Source: Candidatus Saccharibacteria bacterium QS_5_54_17
GTDB taxonomy: Bacteria > Patescibacteriota > Saccharimonadia > QS-5-54-17
Assembly: GCA_003022365.1 (NCBI GenBank)
Contig: PXOU01000018.1
Coordinates: 11,900 to 75,899 of the forward strand
Length of the DNA: 64,000 nt
Reading direction: 5' to 3'
Shown: piece by piece, positions 27,251 to 37,857 of the stretch
How positions within the stretch are numbered: the first letter of the stretch is position 1
Layout: every line of letters begins with the position of its first letter
Made by a program: the position numbers and the translations under genes
Notes under the pieces: generated by a model
The model's database searches: none
Told to the model about the DNA's origin: nothing
The model's input: only the letters and a program-made list of their open reading frames with translations

Positions 27251-28200
27251 GACTTTCGATCCGAACACTTGCCTTGGTTAACTCTTCCGAGAATACCTCG
27301 TTGGGCGTGGCGTAGTCCAGGCATTTTCTGGGCCGGTTTTATGGTATTCGTTGGTGCCCCGCTGCCAGGAGGAATAGGGATCGGCGAAGTACACATTCGT
27401 ACCAAGACCGTTGGTCAGTTGCTCGTGTCGGGAGTGCTCCTTGCCATTATCCAGCGTTGTGCTCAGTCGGCTCCCGGGAGGCAGGGTGGCAAAGATAGCC
27501 AGCTGGGCGGAGAGGGTTTCCGCCGAGGCAATCCGATCAACTTTACGAGCAAACGTCTTACGGCTCTTTCTTTCTACCTCGGTGTGAATACCATCTTTGT
27601 GGACACGCCGGCCTTCGATACTGTCACCCTCGAAATGCCCGAACTCCGCCCGCTCTTCAACCGTCACCGGCCGCTGATGAATGGATACCCGATTTGGTAT
27701 ACGGCTGCGACAGGTTTTGCGGCCGCCCTGTTTGCGCCGCTTCTTCTGTTTCCGGGGCAGATACTCCCAGAGCCGTTTACCCTTGTTCTCCTCGGCATAG
27801 ATGAACCGGTAGATGGTTTCGTGGTTGATGTGCCGGGTCTTCTCCCGTGGATAGTCTCGCTTCAGCCGGCCGCTGATCTGCTCTGGACTCCAACCATCCC
27901 CCAATCTGGCGTGGACGTAGGCGTAGAGCCAGGGATTCTTGAGGGGGTGTCGTTGATAACTCCGCGCCCTGCGCTGCTCTGACAGATGCTGGGCCCGTAT
28001 AGCTACATATTCGCCGCCCACTGGACCGCCTTGTCGGATTTCAGCAGCGATAGTGGTATGAGACCGGCCGAGACGACGACCGATCTCCCTGTTTGACAAC
28101 CCTTGGGCGTGCCAGAGGGCCAGTTTGTCCCGTTCCACGGGAGTAAGTTTGGTGTGATGTTGCTTCATAATCCGAGTCTACCCTTCCCGGAAGGGTGGTC
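27250..28200 (-). mobile_element. IS30-family insertion sequence relic (3' end missing)
   Basis: IS30-like transposase ORF. No intact terminal inverted repeats are discernible. Confidence 0.55.
27278..28168 (-). CDS. IS30-family transposase, C-terminally truncated after the catalytic E
   Basis: N-terminal HTH and a DDE region (GHFEGD…TLDNGKE…RGTNE). The sequence diverges immediately after NE. Confidence 0.75.
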   Translation of the reverse strand: MKQHHTKLTPVERDKLALWHAQGLSNREIGRRLGRSHTTIAAEIRQGGPVGGEYVAIRAQHLSEQRRARSYQRHPLKNPWLYAYVHARLGDGWSPEQISGRLKRDYPREKTRHINHETIYRFIYAEENKGKRLWEYLPRKQKKRRKQGGRKTCRSRIPNRVSIHQRPVTVEERAEFGHFEGDSIEGRRVHKDGIHTEVERKSRKTFARKVDRIASAETLSAQLAIFATLPPGSRLSTTLDNGKEHSRHEQLTNGLGTNVYFADPYSSWQRGTNEYHKTGPENAWTTPRPTRYSRKS

Positions 28201-28261
28201 GGATCACAAATAGAACTTAGGGGGCGCCCGGGGTTTTTGCTGGTGTGCTACAATAGCGTGA

Positions 28262-29491
28262 GTGGAACAAAACCAAAGCGACGAGCAGAAAAACAACAAA
28301 CGGTTCCAGGGAGGTTTTGGGCTGCCCACGGTGTTGGCCGTCGGCGCGGTGGTGGGTATCTTGGGCTTCGGATTGGGCAAACAGACCGGTCCCCTCAACC
28401 TGAACCAATACGCCTCCACCAATCAGGAGCTTCCCCAGGACCTCAGCTACCAATCGGTGGAGGAAGTCTACGACAAACTCCGGGAAAGATACGCCGGTGA
28501 CCTGGAGCGGGAGGCGCTCATCAACGGCATGAAAAGCGGGTTGGTCAAGGCAGCCGACGACCCGTTTACCCAGTACTTGGACGCCGAAGCGGCCACCAGA
28601 TTAGAGCAAAACCTGGAAGGCGAATTCGGCGGCATCGGTGCTGAAATCGGCAGACGTGACGGGCAACTGGTGATCGTGGCCCCGCTTGAGGGCACTCCGG
28701 CCGATGAAGCCGGCTTACAACCCCAGGATGCCATCGTGGCGGTGGACGGGGATAACGCCTCCGAGTGGACCATTCAGAAAGCCGTCAAGCGGATCCGGGG
28801 TGAAGAAGGGACCGATGTCACCCTGACCATCGTCCGTGATAACCAGAGCCGTGACGTTACCATCACCCGCGGGCAGATCGATACCCCCAGCGTCAAATCC
28901 GAGATGAAAAAGGGAGACATTGGCTACATCGAACTGACCCAGTTCAGCCAGGACTCCGCCCAGGAATTCCACCGGGCCGCCTCCCAGCTGCAGCAGCAAG
29001 GCGCCGAATCCATCATCGTCGACGTGCGCAATAACACCGGCGGTTATCTGGAGGCGGGCATTAACATCACCAGTGAATTCCTGGAGTCGGGGACGGTGAT
29101 CACCGAGCAACGCCGGGACGGGGAAGTCTTGAGCACGGAACGAGCCAGTAGCGGCGGTGAGTTGATGGGTGTGCCAGCGGTAGTCTTAATCAACGGCGGT
29201 TCGGCCAGCGCCAGCGAGATCATGGCCGGGGCGCTGCGGGACCACGACGCGGCCACCCTGGTGGGCCAGCAAACCTTCGGCAAGGGCAGCGTACAGGACT
29301 TAGCCGAATTCAGCGACGGCAGCGTCTTGAAAGTTACCATCGCCCGATGGTACACACCGGATGGCTCCAACATCGCCGAGGAAGGCATTACGCCGGACAA
29401 AGAGGTCAAAGCCAGCCGGGAAGAGATCCAAAACGGCAATGACCCGCAATTGCAACGGGCGCTGGACATACTCACCCAGCAGCGGGAATAG
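28262..29491 (+). CDS. Carboxyl-terminal processing protease (S41, PDZ-containing), CtpA-like
   Basis: PDZ domain and S41 motif GGSASASE. N-terminal membrane anchor. GTG start. Confidence 0.85.
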   Translation: MEQNQSDEQKNNKRFQGGFGLPTVLAVGAVVGILGFGLGKQTGPLNLNQYASTNQELPQDLSYQSVEEVYDKLRERYAGDLEREALINGMKSGLVKAADDPFTQYLDAEAATRLEQNLEGEFGGIGAEIGRRDGQLVIVAPLEGTPADEAGLQPQDAIVAVDGDNASEWTIQKAVKRIRGEEGTDVTLTIVRDNQSRDVTITRGQIDTPSVKSEMKKGDIGYIELTQFSQDSAQEFHRAASQLQQQGAESIIVDVRNNTGGYLEAGINITSEFLESGTVITEQRRDGEVLSTERASSGGELMGVPAVVLINGGSASASEIMAGALRDHDAATLVGQQTFGKGSVQDLAEFSDGSVLKVTIARWYTPDGSNIAEEGITPDKEVKASREEIQNGNDPQLQRALDILTQQRE

Positions 29492-29866
29492 GAAGCAAGT
29501 AGCAAGAAGCAGGGAGCAGCAAGAAGTAAGTGGAAAGAAGCAAGTTTCGGAATCAGCTTTGAAACAGATCCTGAAACAAGTTCAGGATGACATCTCTTTT
29601 TCGTTACCCCCTCTGTCATTCCGAACTTGGTTCGGAATCTAATTCTGTAATACGGAAACTTATCCCGGATCACTTCGACCTTGTCCGCCCCAGGCGGACA
29701 GGCTCAGTGCGGGCGGGGTCCATAGCCTGTCCTGAATTCATTTCAGGAATGACATCTTCAGAGCCTGTCCTGAACTTGTTTCAGGAATGACAGGTTCAGA
29801 GCCTGTTGCTTCTCACCCCCTGTCTACCGTCTACTGTCTGCTGATTACTGTCTTTTGTTCCCCGCG
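29492..29866. repeat. Mosaic intergenic repeat array; 29800-29866 is a reverse-oriented trailer that supplies the last ~15 codons of pyrG
   Basis: Sequence identity. Confidence 0.8.
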
Positions 29867-31451
29867 CGGCTGCTTGGATGAATCCGCAGAACAAGGGATT
29901 GGGCCGCTGGGGTCGGGAGGTGAATTCGGGGTGGAACTGGCTGCCCACGAAGAAGGGGTGGTCCGCTAACTCCACCATCTCTACCAGTTCGTTATCCGGG
30001 GAAACCCCGGACAAGACCAAGCCGGCTTGTTGCAACGGTTCCCGGTAGTCGTTGTTGAACTCGTACCGGTGCCGGTGCCGCTCCCGGATGCGGTCCGTGC
30101 CATATAACCCGCGGGCCAGGCTGTCCTCGGAGATCAAGCATTGGTAGTCGCCCAGCCGCATGGTGCCGCCCATATCCTCGGTTTCTTGTTGGCTGCTCAT
30201 CAGGCTGATGACCGGGTGTGGGGTGTGGGGGTCAAATTCGGTGGAATTAACGTCCCCGTTCAGCGTCTTCCGGCCGAGGGCGATGACACCGACTTGCATG
30301 CCTAGACACAGGCCCAGATAGGGGAGCTGGTTATCCATGGCATACCGGGCCGCTTTAATCTTGCCTTCGATGCCGCGGGCGCCGAATCCGCCCGGGATAA
30401 TGATGCCATCGATATGCCGCAGGCTCCGCTTATCCAGGCGCCGCCCCAAACGTTCGGCGTCCAGCCAGGTGATGTCGGCTTTGACACCGTGATGCCAGCA
30501 GGCGGCTTTTATAGCTTCGAATACGCTTTTGTAGGTATCTTCGTGGGCCATGTACTTGGCGACCACCCCGATGCAAACAGTCGGTACGTCGTCCCGGGCG
30601 GCCCGCTCGACTAATTGATGCCAGGACCCCAGATCTGTTTTGCCAGGTTTCAGGTTGAGTTTTTCGGTCAGGGTGTCGGCGACAGTCTGGAGTCTCAAGG
30701 GAATCTGGTAGACGCTGTCAACCGTGGGTACGACGCTGATGGCTTCGGCGTCGATGTCGGTGTACATCCGGAGTTTGTGCCGGACGGCGTGGTTGGCTTC
30801 CTGTTCGGAGCGGGCGATCAGGATGTCGGGCGTGACCCCAAAACTGCGTAGATTGCGGACCGCGTTCTGGGCCGGTTTGGTCTTGATCTCTTTGCTGGCT
30901 TCGATATAGGGCAGATAGACCACGTGTATATACCGGACGTTTTCCGGTCCGACCCGTTGCTTGAACTCCCGGATGGCTTCCAGGGAACTTAAGCTCTCAT
31001 AATCACCGACCGTACCGCCGATCTCCACGAAATGTACGTCCTGTCCCTCGCCGGCGGCGGCGATCTCGTCCTGGATGGCGTCGGTGATGTGGGGAATGAT
31101 CTGGACGGTTTTGCCCAGGTACTCGCCGGCCCGCTCGTCGTTGATGACCCGGGAGAGCACCCGGCCGATCATCAGCGAGCTTTTCTGGTCCAGCTCCTGG
31201 TCCAGGAATCGTTCGTAATGTCCCAAGTCCAGATCGGTTTCGGCGCCGTCGGCGGTAACGAATACCTCGCCGTGTTCGGCCGGGTTCAAAGTGCCGGCAT
31301 CGGTGTTCAGGTACGGATCGCATTTTTGTATGTTTACGTTCATCCCGCGGGATTTGAGAATTTTAGCCAGACTGGCGGCGGTGATGCCTTTGCCGACGCC
31401 GGACAGCACGCCGCCGGTTACAAATACGTATTTCGTTTGCCGCCGCGCCAC
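29796..31451 (-). CDS. pyrG: CTP synthase
   Basis: KYVFVTGG N-terminus and GATase GLCLGMQ. GTG start with AGGAGG SD. The ORF-track start at 31508 is over-extended. Confidence 0.95.
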   Translation of the reverse strand: MARRQTKYVFVTGGVLSGVGKGITAASLAKILKSRGMNVNIQKCDPYLNTDAGTLNPAEHGEVFVTADGAETDLDLGHYERFLDQELDQKSSLMIGRVLSRVINDERAGEYLGKTVQIIPHITDAIQDEIAAAGEGQDVHFVEIGGTVGDYESLSSLEAIREFKQRVGPENVRYIHVVYLPYIEASKEIKTKPAQNAVRNLRSFGVTPDILIARSEQEANHAVRHKLRMYTDIDAEAISVVPTVDSVYQIPLRLQTVADTLTEKLNLKPGKTDLGSWHQLVERAARDDVPTVCIGVVAKYMAHEDTYKSVFEAIKAACWHHGVKADITWLDAERLGRRLDKRSLRHIDGIIIPGGFGARGIEGKIKAARYAMDNQLPYLGLCLGMQVGVIALGRKTLNGDVNSTEFDPHTPHPVISLMSSQQETEDMGGTMRLGDYQCLISEDSLARGLYGTDRIRERHRHRYEFNNDYREPLQQAGLVLSGVSPDNELVEMVELADHPFFVGSQFHPEFTSRPQRPNPLFCGFIQAAARGTKDSNQQTVDGRQGVRSNRL

Positions 31452-31627
31452 CGGCCGCCTCCTGATAAACTGCCCGCATCGTACCATGGCCCAACCGTCC
31501 TGGCGCAAATCGTGATGGGTGGGGTATAATGGGAGTGACGAGTCACCATGTATACGTTCGCTGCTATGATAACCACGCCCATCTATTCCTTGGCTTCATC
31601 GAGCAGTAAACCCGGTAGACTGCTGCT

Positions 31628-32779
31628 GTGCATTTAGCGGTGCTGGGCGGGCTTCCGCGCTTGTCCCGGGCCGAACTGGAACGGATGCATTCCGGTGTGT
31701 CCGCCCACAGTGACGTTACGGCCGTGTTCGAAGAGGCCAGCTCGACCGGACCGGGCGGAAGCAGCAAAATCGCCCGGGTCATTGACCAACTGCCCACCAC
31801 TGATCCCAAAGCCATAGAATCCCAAATCCTCGACCACATTCCCGCCTATATGGGGGAAGCGGCGGGGAAGCTGTCGTTCGGCATCAGTCTGTATGGGGCT
31901 AGGTGGGGTGGGTACAAAAGCTTCTGTCTGAACGCCAAAAAACGCCTCAAATCGGCCGGTTTCCGGCCGCGGGTGGTATTAGGTCGTGAGCAGGCGCTCA
32001 GCTCCGCCCAAGTACTCCACAACGGGTTGGACCAAAGCAGGAGCGAACTCATCATCAGCATCGGCTCACAAGAGACCTACATTGCCCAAACGTACTGGGT
32101 GCAAGATGTGGACGCGCTGAGCAAGCGGGATATCCAGCGCCCCTGTCGGGACATGGAGACAGGGATGTTGCCGCCCAAACTGGCCCGAATGATGATTAAC
32201 CTGGCCGGCGGTTCACACCTATTTGATCCGTTCTGCGGCAGCGGGGTGGTGCTGGGGGAAGCGGTGTTGATGGGCAAGGAAGCAGTCGGAAGCGACATCA
32301 ATCCCGAGGCAGTGGAGTGCGCCCGGGCCAATTTGGAGTGGCTGGAGCAGGTGTTCGCCACCGGCTCCGCTCCGTCTTTGCAGGTTGCCGACGCACGAGG
32401 GGTGGCCATCCCGTCCGGCGTGGACGCGGTGGTGGGGGAAATGGATTTGGGGCCCATCATGACCCGGCAGGCGCCGCGAAGCAGATTGAACCAATTGGCG
32501 GATGAGGCCAATTCACTTCTGGCTGACACCTTGGGCGGACTGCAACCACAACTCTCCCATGGCACCCCCCTGTGCTTGGCCGCACCCGTCTGGCCAAGCG
32601 GGGAAGGCTTCATACGGCCGGCGCTGGCTGCTGTTGGCGACAACGACGGAGCAATTGACGAGGTGGGCGCCCTGGGGTACAATCAGATTGATATACCCGG
32701 CGTCAGATATAGGGATCTGCATTACCGCAGACGTGGTCAGTACGTAGGCCGGCAATTAATGCTGTTGGAGCGAATCTAA
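31628..32779 (+). CDS. Class I SAM-dependent RNA methyltransferase (UPF0020/Trm14/RlmL-like, DPFCGSG motif)
   Basis: GTG start. Motif PPKLARMMINLA…DPFCGSG. Confidence 0.6.
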   Translation: MHLAVLGGLPRLSRAELERMHSGVSAHSDVTAVFEEASSTGPGGSSKIARVIDQLPTTDPKAIESQILDHIPAYMGEAAGKLSFGISLYGARWGGYKSFCLNAKKRLKSAGFRPRVVLGREQALSSAQVLHNGLDQSRSELIISIGSQETYIAQTYWVQDVDALSKRDIQRPCRDMETGMLPPKLARMMINLAGGSHLFDPFCGSGVVLGEAVLMGKEAVGSDINPEAVECARANLEWLEQVFATGSAPSLQVADARGVAIPSGVDAVVGEMDLGPIMTRQAPRSRLNQLADEANSLLADTLGGLQPQLSHGTPLCLAAPVWPSGEGFIRPALAAVGDNDGAIDEVGALGYNQIDIPGVRYRDLHYRRRGQYVGRQLMLLERI

Positions 32780-33052
32780 ATGTCGAAGGTTAAAAAGGGC
32801 GGTACAGTCAAAAATCTGCACGACTCACCCGGTCAGCGGCTGGGAGTTAAGCGATTCAGCGGCGAAGCCGTCAAAGCCGGCAACGTGCTGGTGCGGCAAC
32901 GGGGCATGACCAAGCGCCCGGGCGAAGGCGCCCGCGTGGGCCGGGATTACACCATCTACGCGGTCCGGGACGGGGAAGTCGAGTTTCATCAGACCCGGGT
33001 CCGGCGTTTCAGCGGCCACCGGGTTCGCCGGACGGTGGTTTCGGTTCGCTAA
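32780..33052 (+). CDS. rpmA: 50S ribosomal protein L27
   Basis: KKGGTVKN…RLGVKRFSGE…VRQRG motifs. Starts at the stop codon of the upstream gene. Confidence 0.9.
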   Translation: MSKVKKGGTVKNLHDSPGQRLGVKRFSGEAVKAGNVLVRQRGMTKRPGEGARVGRDYTIYAVRDGEVEFHQTRVRRFSGHRVRRTVVSVR

Positions 33053-33059
33053 GGCGCGA

Positions 33060-33523
33060 GAAAGCGTGGCGAGTAGCGCATATAGTCTCCCGGCGGCGGG
33101 ATTAGGAAGCAAGCAAAAAACAGAAAGTAGACGGCGAGTGAGAAACAGCAGGCTCTGAATATGTCATTCCTGAAACAAGTTCAGGACAGGCTCTGAATTT
33201 ATTTCAGGATCGGTTTCAGAATCATCCTTTCTTGTCATCCTGAACTTGGTTCAGGATCTGTTTTAAAACCATATCGGGTTAATGGATTCCGGCTCGACGG
33301 CCGGAATGACAAAGGGGCTGTGCAACTTTTGCAAGGACCGTCCTTGCAATTTTGCGCCGAGCAGCGCTTTTGGTAGCGATTTTTAATTTTGCAAGGACGG
33401 TCCTTGCAATTGTCGGTCCGGGATCGTTTTTCTGTTGCAGAATGAGATTCCGAAACAAGTTCGGAATGACAAAGAGGAAAAACAAGGAGGTGTTCAATAA
33501 GCAGGGAGACTATACGCCCGTAT
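33060..33523. repeat. Mosaic intergenic repeat array (inverted twin-palindrome element 33326-33412)
   Basis: Sequence identity. Confidence 0.8.
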
Positions 33524-33910
33524 TTATTCTTCCAGGCCTAAGTGGTATTTGATCCGGGAAATCACGTCGGCAATGACGACCTGGGATTTGACCAGATAGT
33601 CGTCCACGCCCAGATCCTTGGCTTTCTGCTGGTCGGATTCCTGGTTCAGGGCGGTCAGCATGACGATTTTGGCATCGGCGACTTCGGGGGTGTTGCGGAT
33701 GATGTCCAACACGTCGAATCCGCTGATCTTGGGCATCATGACATCCAGGAGAATCAAATCCGGTCGTTGCTCCAGGGCGTCACTGAGCGCTTGTTCGCCG
33801 TCATCACAGTGGCCTACTTGAAACCCTTCCGCTTCCAGGCGGGCTTGGTAGACGTTCGCCAACCCTTCATCATCTTCCACCAGAAGTATCTTTTTGCCGG
33901 TATCGTCCAT
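33524..33910 (-). CDS. Single-domain response regulator (CheY-like receiver)
   Basis: KKILLVEDD…LDVMMP…K receiver motifs. Start chosen at MDDTGKK. Confidence 0.75.
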   Translation of the reverse strand: MDDTGKKILLVEDDEGLANVYQARLEAEGFQVGHCDDGEQALSDALEQRPDLILLDVMMPKISGFDVLDIIRNTPEVADAKIVMLTALNQESDQQKAKDLGVDDYLVKSQVVIADVISRIKYHLGLEE

Positions 33911-33949
33911 TAACCATAAGCATACCGCGCCTGCCCGCACATGTACAGC

Positions 33950-34345
33950 CCTCCAGCAGTAGGCAGACAGCAGACAGGGAAAAGGGAACAAGAAGCAAGA
34001 AGCAGGGAGCAGGGAGCAAGCAGTAAGAAGTAAGAAGCAAGAAGTAAAAGTCTGGTAAATCCACCTTCGGCGCCGCGATTCACACTCTTGTCATCCTGAA
34101 TTTATTTCAGGATCAGATTCCGAACCAAGTTCGGAATGACAAATAGGGTAACCTCGTAATAACAAACTTTCTCTATGTCATCCTGAAGACGTCATCCCGG
34201 ACCCCGCCGGCACTGAGCAAGGTCGAAGTGATCCGGGATCGTTTCCTTGTTGCAGAATGAGATTCCGAAACAGGTTCGGAATGACGGAGGAGGCTCGGAA
34301 TGACAAAGAGGGTTTGCATTTTCTCGCTTACTCCCTACTTCTTAC
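33950..34345. repeat. Mosaic intergenic repeat array
   Basis: AG-rich trailer 33950-34070, hairpin modules, and a reverse-oriented trailer 34300-34345. Confidence 0.8.
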
Positions 34346-34400
34346 TGCTTACTTCTGGTTCTATGCCCGGTGTGCTGAGGTGTACTACAATGCGTAGGTA

Positions 34401-35429
34401 ATGCACATGAATCTGCAGCGGTGGCTGATTCTGGCCGGTTTGTTGATAGGCGGGCTGCTGGTATACCTGGCCCGGGCCGATATACTGGAAGCCTATCAAC
34501 TGTTACGGGAGACCGAGTGGTGGATCCTGCTGCTGGTGGTACCCATCCAGTTTGTCAATTACATAATCAAGGCCCAGTTTCATCGGAGTATGCTCAGCCA
34601 TTTCGGGTACGCGGTGTCACTGTGGCGATTATTCGGGCTTAACTGGGCGATATTTTTCATGAACATCACCCTGCCCACGGTGGGCCTGTCTTCGGTGCCG
34701 TTGATGGGGACGGTCCTCCGTAATGACGACGTACCCCCCGGCAAAAGTACCCTGGTGTATTTTTCCAAATACGCCATTACCTACGCCTCTTATATTTTCA
34801 TCCTGCTCTTCGGCGTGTTGACGTTATACTTCGCCGGGGATATCGCCGCCATCACCATCCGGTTCACCGTCTTGCTGGGGGTGGCCATCATCGGCGTCAG
34901 CGTCTTCGGCCTATTCGCGCTGTATGACCAGCGGGCCTTCGACTGGGTCGTCTACCGGATCCAGCGCGTGGTGGATTGGATCAGCCGGAAGTTCCGACGA
35001 GGGAAAGAATTGATCGGTGCCGCCCGGATCAAAACCATGTTGGTTGATTTTTATGACGGATTTCACCAGGTCATGCGGAACCGGGCTTATCTGAAGCAGC
35101 CGTTCTGGTGGGGATTGGCCGGCAACGTGGCCGAGTTAGCGATCTTGTTCGTGGTCTTCTGGGCGCTGGGAGTGATTCCCAATCCCGGGGTGGTAGTCAT
35201 TGCCTACGCCTTTGCCAACGGGGCAGGTTTTCTCAGCGTCATTCCCGGCGACTTCGGCGTCTATGAAATCGTCATGGTGGCGGTCCTGTCGGCGGCCGGC
35301 GTGCCGCTGTCGGTGGGGGTTTCGGCCACCCTTTTGTACCGGGTGGTGGTCAAGTTCGCCTTTCTGCCGATCGGATTTTACTTCTATACTACCTACATCC
35401 GGGAGGTTCCCAGTGGCCAGCGACATTAG
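34401..35429 (+). CDS. Polytopic membrane protein, LPG-synthase-TM / flippase-like (UPF0104) family
   Basis: About 8 TM helices and family-like motifs. Confidence 0.65.
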   Translation: MHMNLQRWLILAGLLIGGLLVYLARADILEAYQLLRETEWWILLLVVPIQFVNYIIKAQFHRSMLSHFGYAVSLWRLFGLNWAIFFMNITLPTVGLSSVPLMGTVLRNDDVPPGKSTLVYFSKYAITYASYIFILLFGVLTLYFAGDIAAITIRFTVLLGVAIIGVSVFGLFALYDQRAFDWVVYRIQRVVDWISRKFRRGKELIGAARIKTMLVDFYDGFHQVMRNRAYLKQPFWWGLAGNVAELAILFVVFWALGVIPNPGVVVIAYAFANGAGFLSVIPGDFGVYEIVMVAVLSAAGVPLSVGVSATLLYRVVVKFAFLPIGFYFYTTYIREVPSGQRH

Positions 35430-36606
35430 CGTCAGCCAATTTATTCAGGCTATGAACGACACCCTGGCTGCCACCCATGCCATGGTGACGGTGGTGGGCG
35501 AGGTGTCCGGTTATAAAGAGTGGAACGGGCGGTTAGTCTTTTTCGATCTGAAAGACGAGGAGGCGGTGGTCAATTGTATGATCCCGCTGGGGATGCTGCG
35601 GGCGCCGGTGGAAGACGGCATGCGGATCCGGGTGCACGCGGCGGTTAAATTAACCCAGAAGGGCAGGTTTACCCTGAACGTCAAGCGCGTGGAACCGGTG
35701 GGGGAAGGCCATCTGCAACGACAGTTTGAGCTGTTAAAGGCTAAACTGGAGCGGGAAGGGCTGTTCGCCCCGGAGCGGAAACGGCCGGCTCCGGCGTTCC
35801 CGCGCCGGATCGCGGTGGTGACGTCGCTGGAATCGGCGGCCTATCGGGATTTCCGGAAAACTGTGGACGCCCGGTGGGGCGGGGTGGAGATCATCGCCGC
35901 CCATACCCAGGTGCAAGGCGAAACGGCGCCGGAAACCGTAGCTGCCGCGATTGCCTATATCGACCAACTATCCCCGGACGTAGACGTGCTGGTGGTCACC
36001 CGCGGCGGCGGCGGGCTGGAAGATCTGGCCGCCTTTAACAGTGAAAAGGTGGTCCGGGCGGTGGCCGGGAGCCGGGCGCCGACCGTGGTCGGGGTGGGCC
36101 ATGAGACTGATGTTTCCTTGAGCGATATGGCGGCCGATGTCCGGGCGGCGACGCCGAGCGATATCGCCCGGCACATCGTGCCCGACCGCGAAGAATTGCG
36201 GGCGTCACTGGCTCGAGATCGGCGGGTCATGGCCGGCTCGATGACTGGCTATATTGCTCAACAGCGCACCTGGCTCAACCAGCGGGTGGCGGCCATGGAA
36301 CGGGCCATAGATATTCCCCGTTATATGGAGCGGGTCACCCGGTCGAAAACTATGCTGGTTCGGCAGCAGCAACAACTATTGGCCCGGCAGCGGGAGCATC
36401 TGACGGGTTTACAGCGTACCTTAGGCAGCTATGATCCCGATGCCGTATTGCGGCGGGGCTACGCACTGGTGCGCCGCCAACAGGCCCTGATCAGGGAAGC
36501 AGCCAGAGTCTCGGTGGGGGAGCAGGTCGTGATACAATTAGCCCAAGGACAATTAGAGGCGGAAGTAACCGATGTCAGAGCAGAAGAAGACCACACCAGC
36601 CAATGA
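35413..36606 (+). CDS. xseA: Exodeoxyribonuclease VII large subunit
   Basis: N-terminal OB fold (ISVSQFIQAMNDTL…). GTG 35413 after a GGGAGG SD. The track ORF at 35200 overlaps the upstream gene. Confidence 0.85.
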   Translation: MASDISVSQFIQAMNDTLAATHAMVTVVGEVSGYKEWNGRLVFFDLKDEEAVVNCMIPLGMLRAPVEDGMRIRVHAAVKLTQKGRFTLNVKRVEPVGEGHLQRQFELLKAKLEREGLFAPERKRPAPAFPRRIAVVTSLESAAYRDFRKTVDARWGGVEIIAAHTQVQGETAPETVAAAIAYIDQLSPDVDVLVVTRGGGGLEDLAAFNSEKVVRAVAGSRAPTVVGVGHETDVSLSDMAADVRAATPSDIARHIVPDREELRASLARDRRVMAGSMTGYIAQQRTWLNQRVAAMERAIDIPRYMERVTRSKTMLVRQQQQLLARQREHLTGLQRTLGSYDPDAVLRRGYALVRRQQALIREAARVSVGEQVVIQLAQGQLEAEVTDVRAEEDHTSQ

Positions 36607-36853
36607 CTCCTCCGGATTCCAGCAACAACTCGGGGAGTTGGAACGGATCGTCGATTGGTTCGAGTCCGGAGAGATGGAAGATGTCGAGGAGGCGCTGGAA
36701 ACCTTCAAACGCGGCATGGAGCTGGCTCGGGAACTGGAAAAACGGCTGCAAGAGGCGGAGAATACAGTCCAGGAAATTACCCAAGGATTCGACCAGGATT
36801 CATTCGGCGAGGCGGATACAGACGAGGCGGATACAGACGAGGAATCGGCCTAG
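36572..36853 (+). CDS. xseB: Exodeoxyribonuclease VII small subunit
   Basis: Follows xseA. Helical, acidic C-terminus. Confidence 0.85.
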   Translation: MSEQKKTTPANDSSGFQQQLGELERIVDWFESGEMEDVEEALETFKRGMELARELEKRLQEAENTVQEITQGFDQDSFGEADTDEADTDEESA

Positions 36854-36856
36854 CTA

Positions 36857-37339
36857 ATGGTGTATTGGTGGATAGCCGCGGCCGTGGTGACGGCCTTTGG
36901 CATGGGGGCGCTGGTGGGAGCGCCGTGGTTGCCGACCTTCCGGCGGGAAACCGAAACCGCGCTCGATTTGCTGGATCTTGGCCCTGGGCAGACCGTAATT
37001 GATCTGGGTTCGGGTACGGGGACGTTTCTGCTGGTGGCCGCACGACGGGGCATCTACGGCGTCGGGTATGAAGTCAATCCGTTTTTGTACCTGTGGTCAT
37101 TGGCCCGAACCTGGCCGCAGCGGCGCTACATCCGCCTTTATTGGCGGAATTACTGGCGGGTGGAGCTTCCGCCGGCCGACGGGGTGTATGCCTTTTTAAT
37201 CAAGCGCTTCATGGGTAAACTGGACGCCAAACTCGGGCGGGAACTGCCGCCCGGTACGCCGGTGGCTACCTACACCTTCCAGATCCCCGGCCGGCGGCCC
37301 GAAAACCAGCGCGGCGGCGTATTCCTGTACCGTTACTGA
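36857..37339 (+). CDS. Small membrane-anchored class I SAM-dependent methyltransferase
   Basis: Motif I VIDLGSGTG and an N-terminal TM segment. Confidence 0.55.
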   Translation: MVYWWIAAAVVTAFGMGALVGAPWLPTFRRETETALDLLDLGPGQTVIDLGSGTGTFLLVAARRGIYGVGYEVNPFLYLWSLARTWPQRRYIRLYWRNYWRVELPPADGVYAFLIKRFMGKLDAKLGRELPPGTPVATYTFQIPGRRPENQRGGVFLYRY

Positions 37340-37379
37340 AGGCTAGCTGGCGAGTTTTCGCCCTTCATTCGTGCCTTTC

Positions 37380-37815
37380 GACAGAAACTTATTGAACAGC
37401 TTCTCGCTGTCCCTCTTTGTCATTCCGAATTTAGTTCGGAATCGTTTCTGCAACAGGGAAACGATCCCGGACCGGTAATTGCAAGGACCGTCCTTGCAAA
37501 ATTAAAAATCGCTACCAAAAGCGCTACTCGGCGCAAAATTGCAAGGACGGTCCTTGCAAGAGTTGCACAGTACCTCCGTCATTCCGGCCCCCGAGCCCCG
37601 AATCCATTAACCGATATGTTCCTGAAATCAAGCCTGCAATAGATCCTGAAACAAGTTCAGGACAGGCTATGACCCCGATCCGGGATCAGTTTCAGAATCT
37701 GTTTTATAACTGATTCCGAAACAAGTTCGGAATGACAGAGAGGCTTTGCATTTTTTTACTTGCTTCTTGCTTCTTACTGCTTACTTCCTATTCCCGCTGC
37801 CGGGAGACTATACGG
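37380..37815. repeat. Mosaic intergenic repeat array (twin-palindrome element 37476-37560)
   Basis: Sequence identity. Confidence 0.8.
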
Positions 37816-37857
37816 TCTTATTGCGCTTACTAACCACATGCGCTACGATGGGCGTCA

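Noticed and set aside
27269-27982. ORF 27269-27982(+) antisense to the IS30 transposase
   Set aside because: Shadow ORF. The opposite strand has clear IS30 HTH and DDE similarity.
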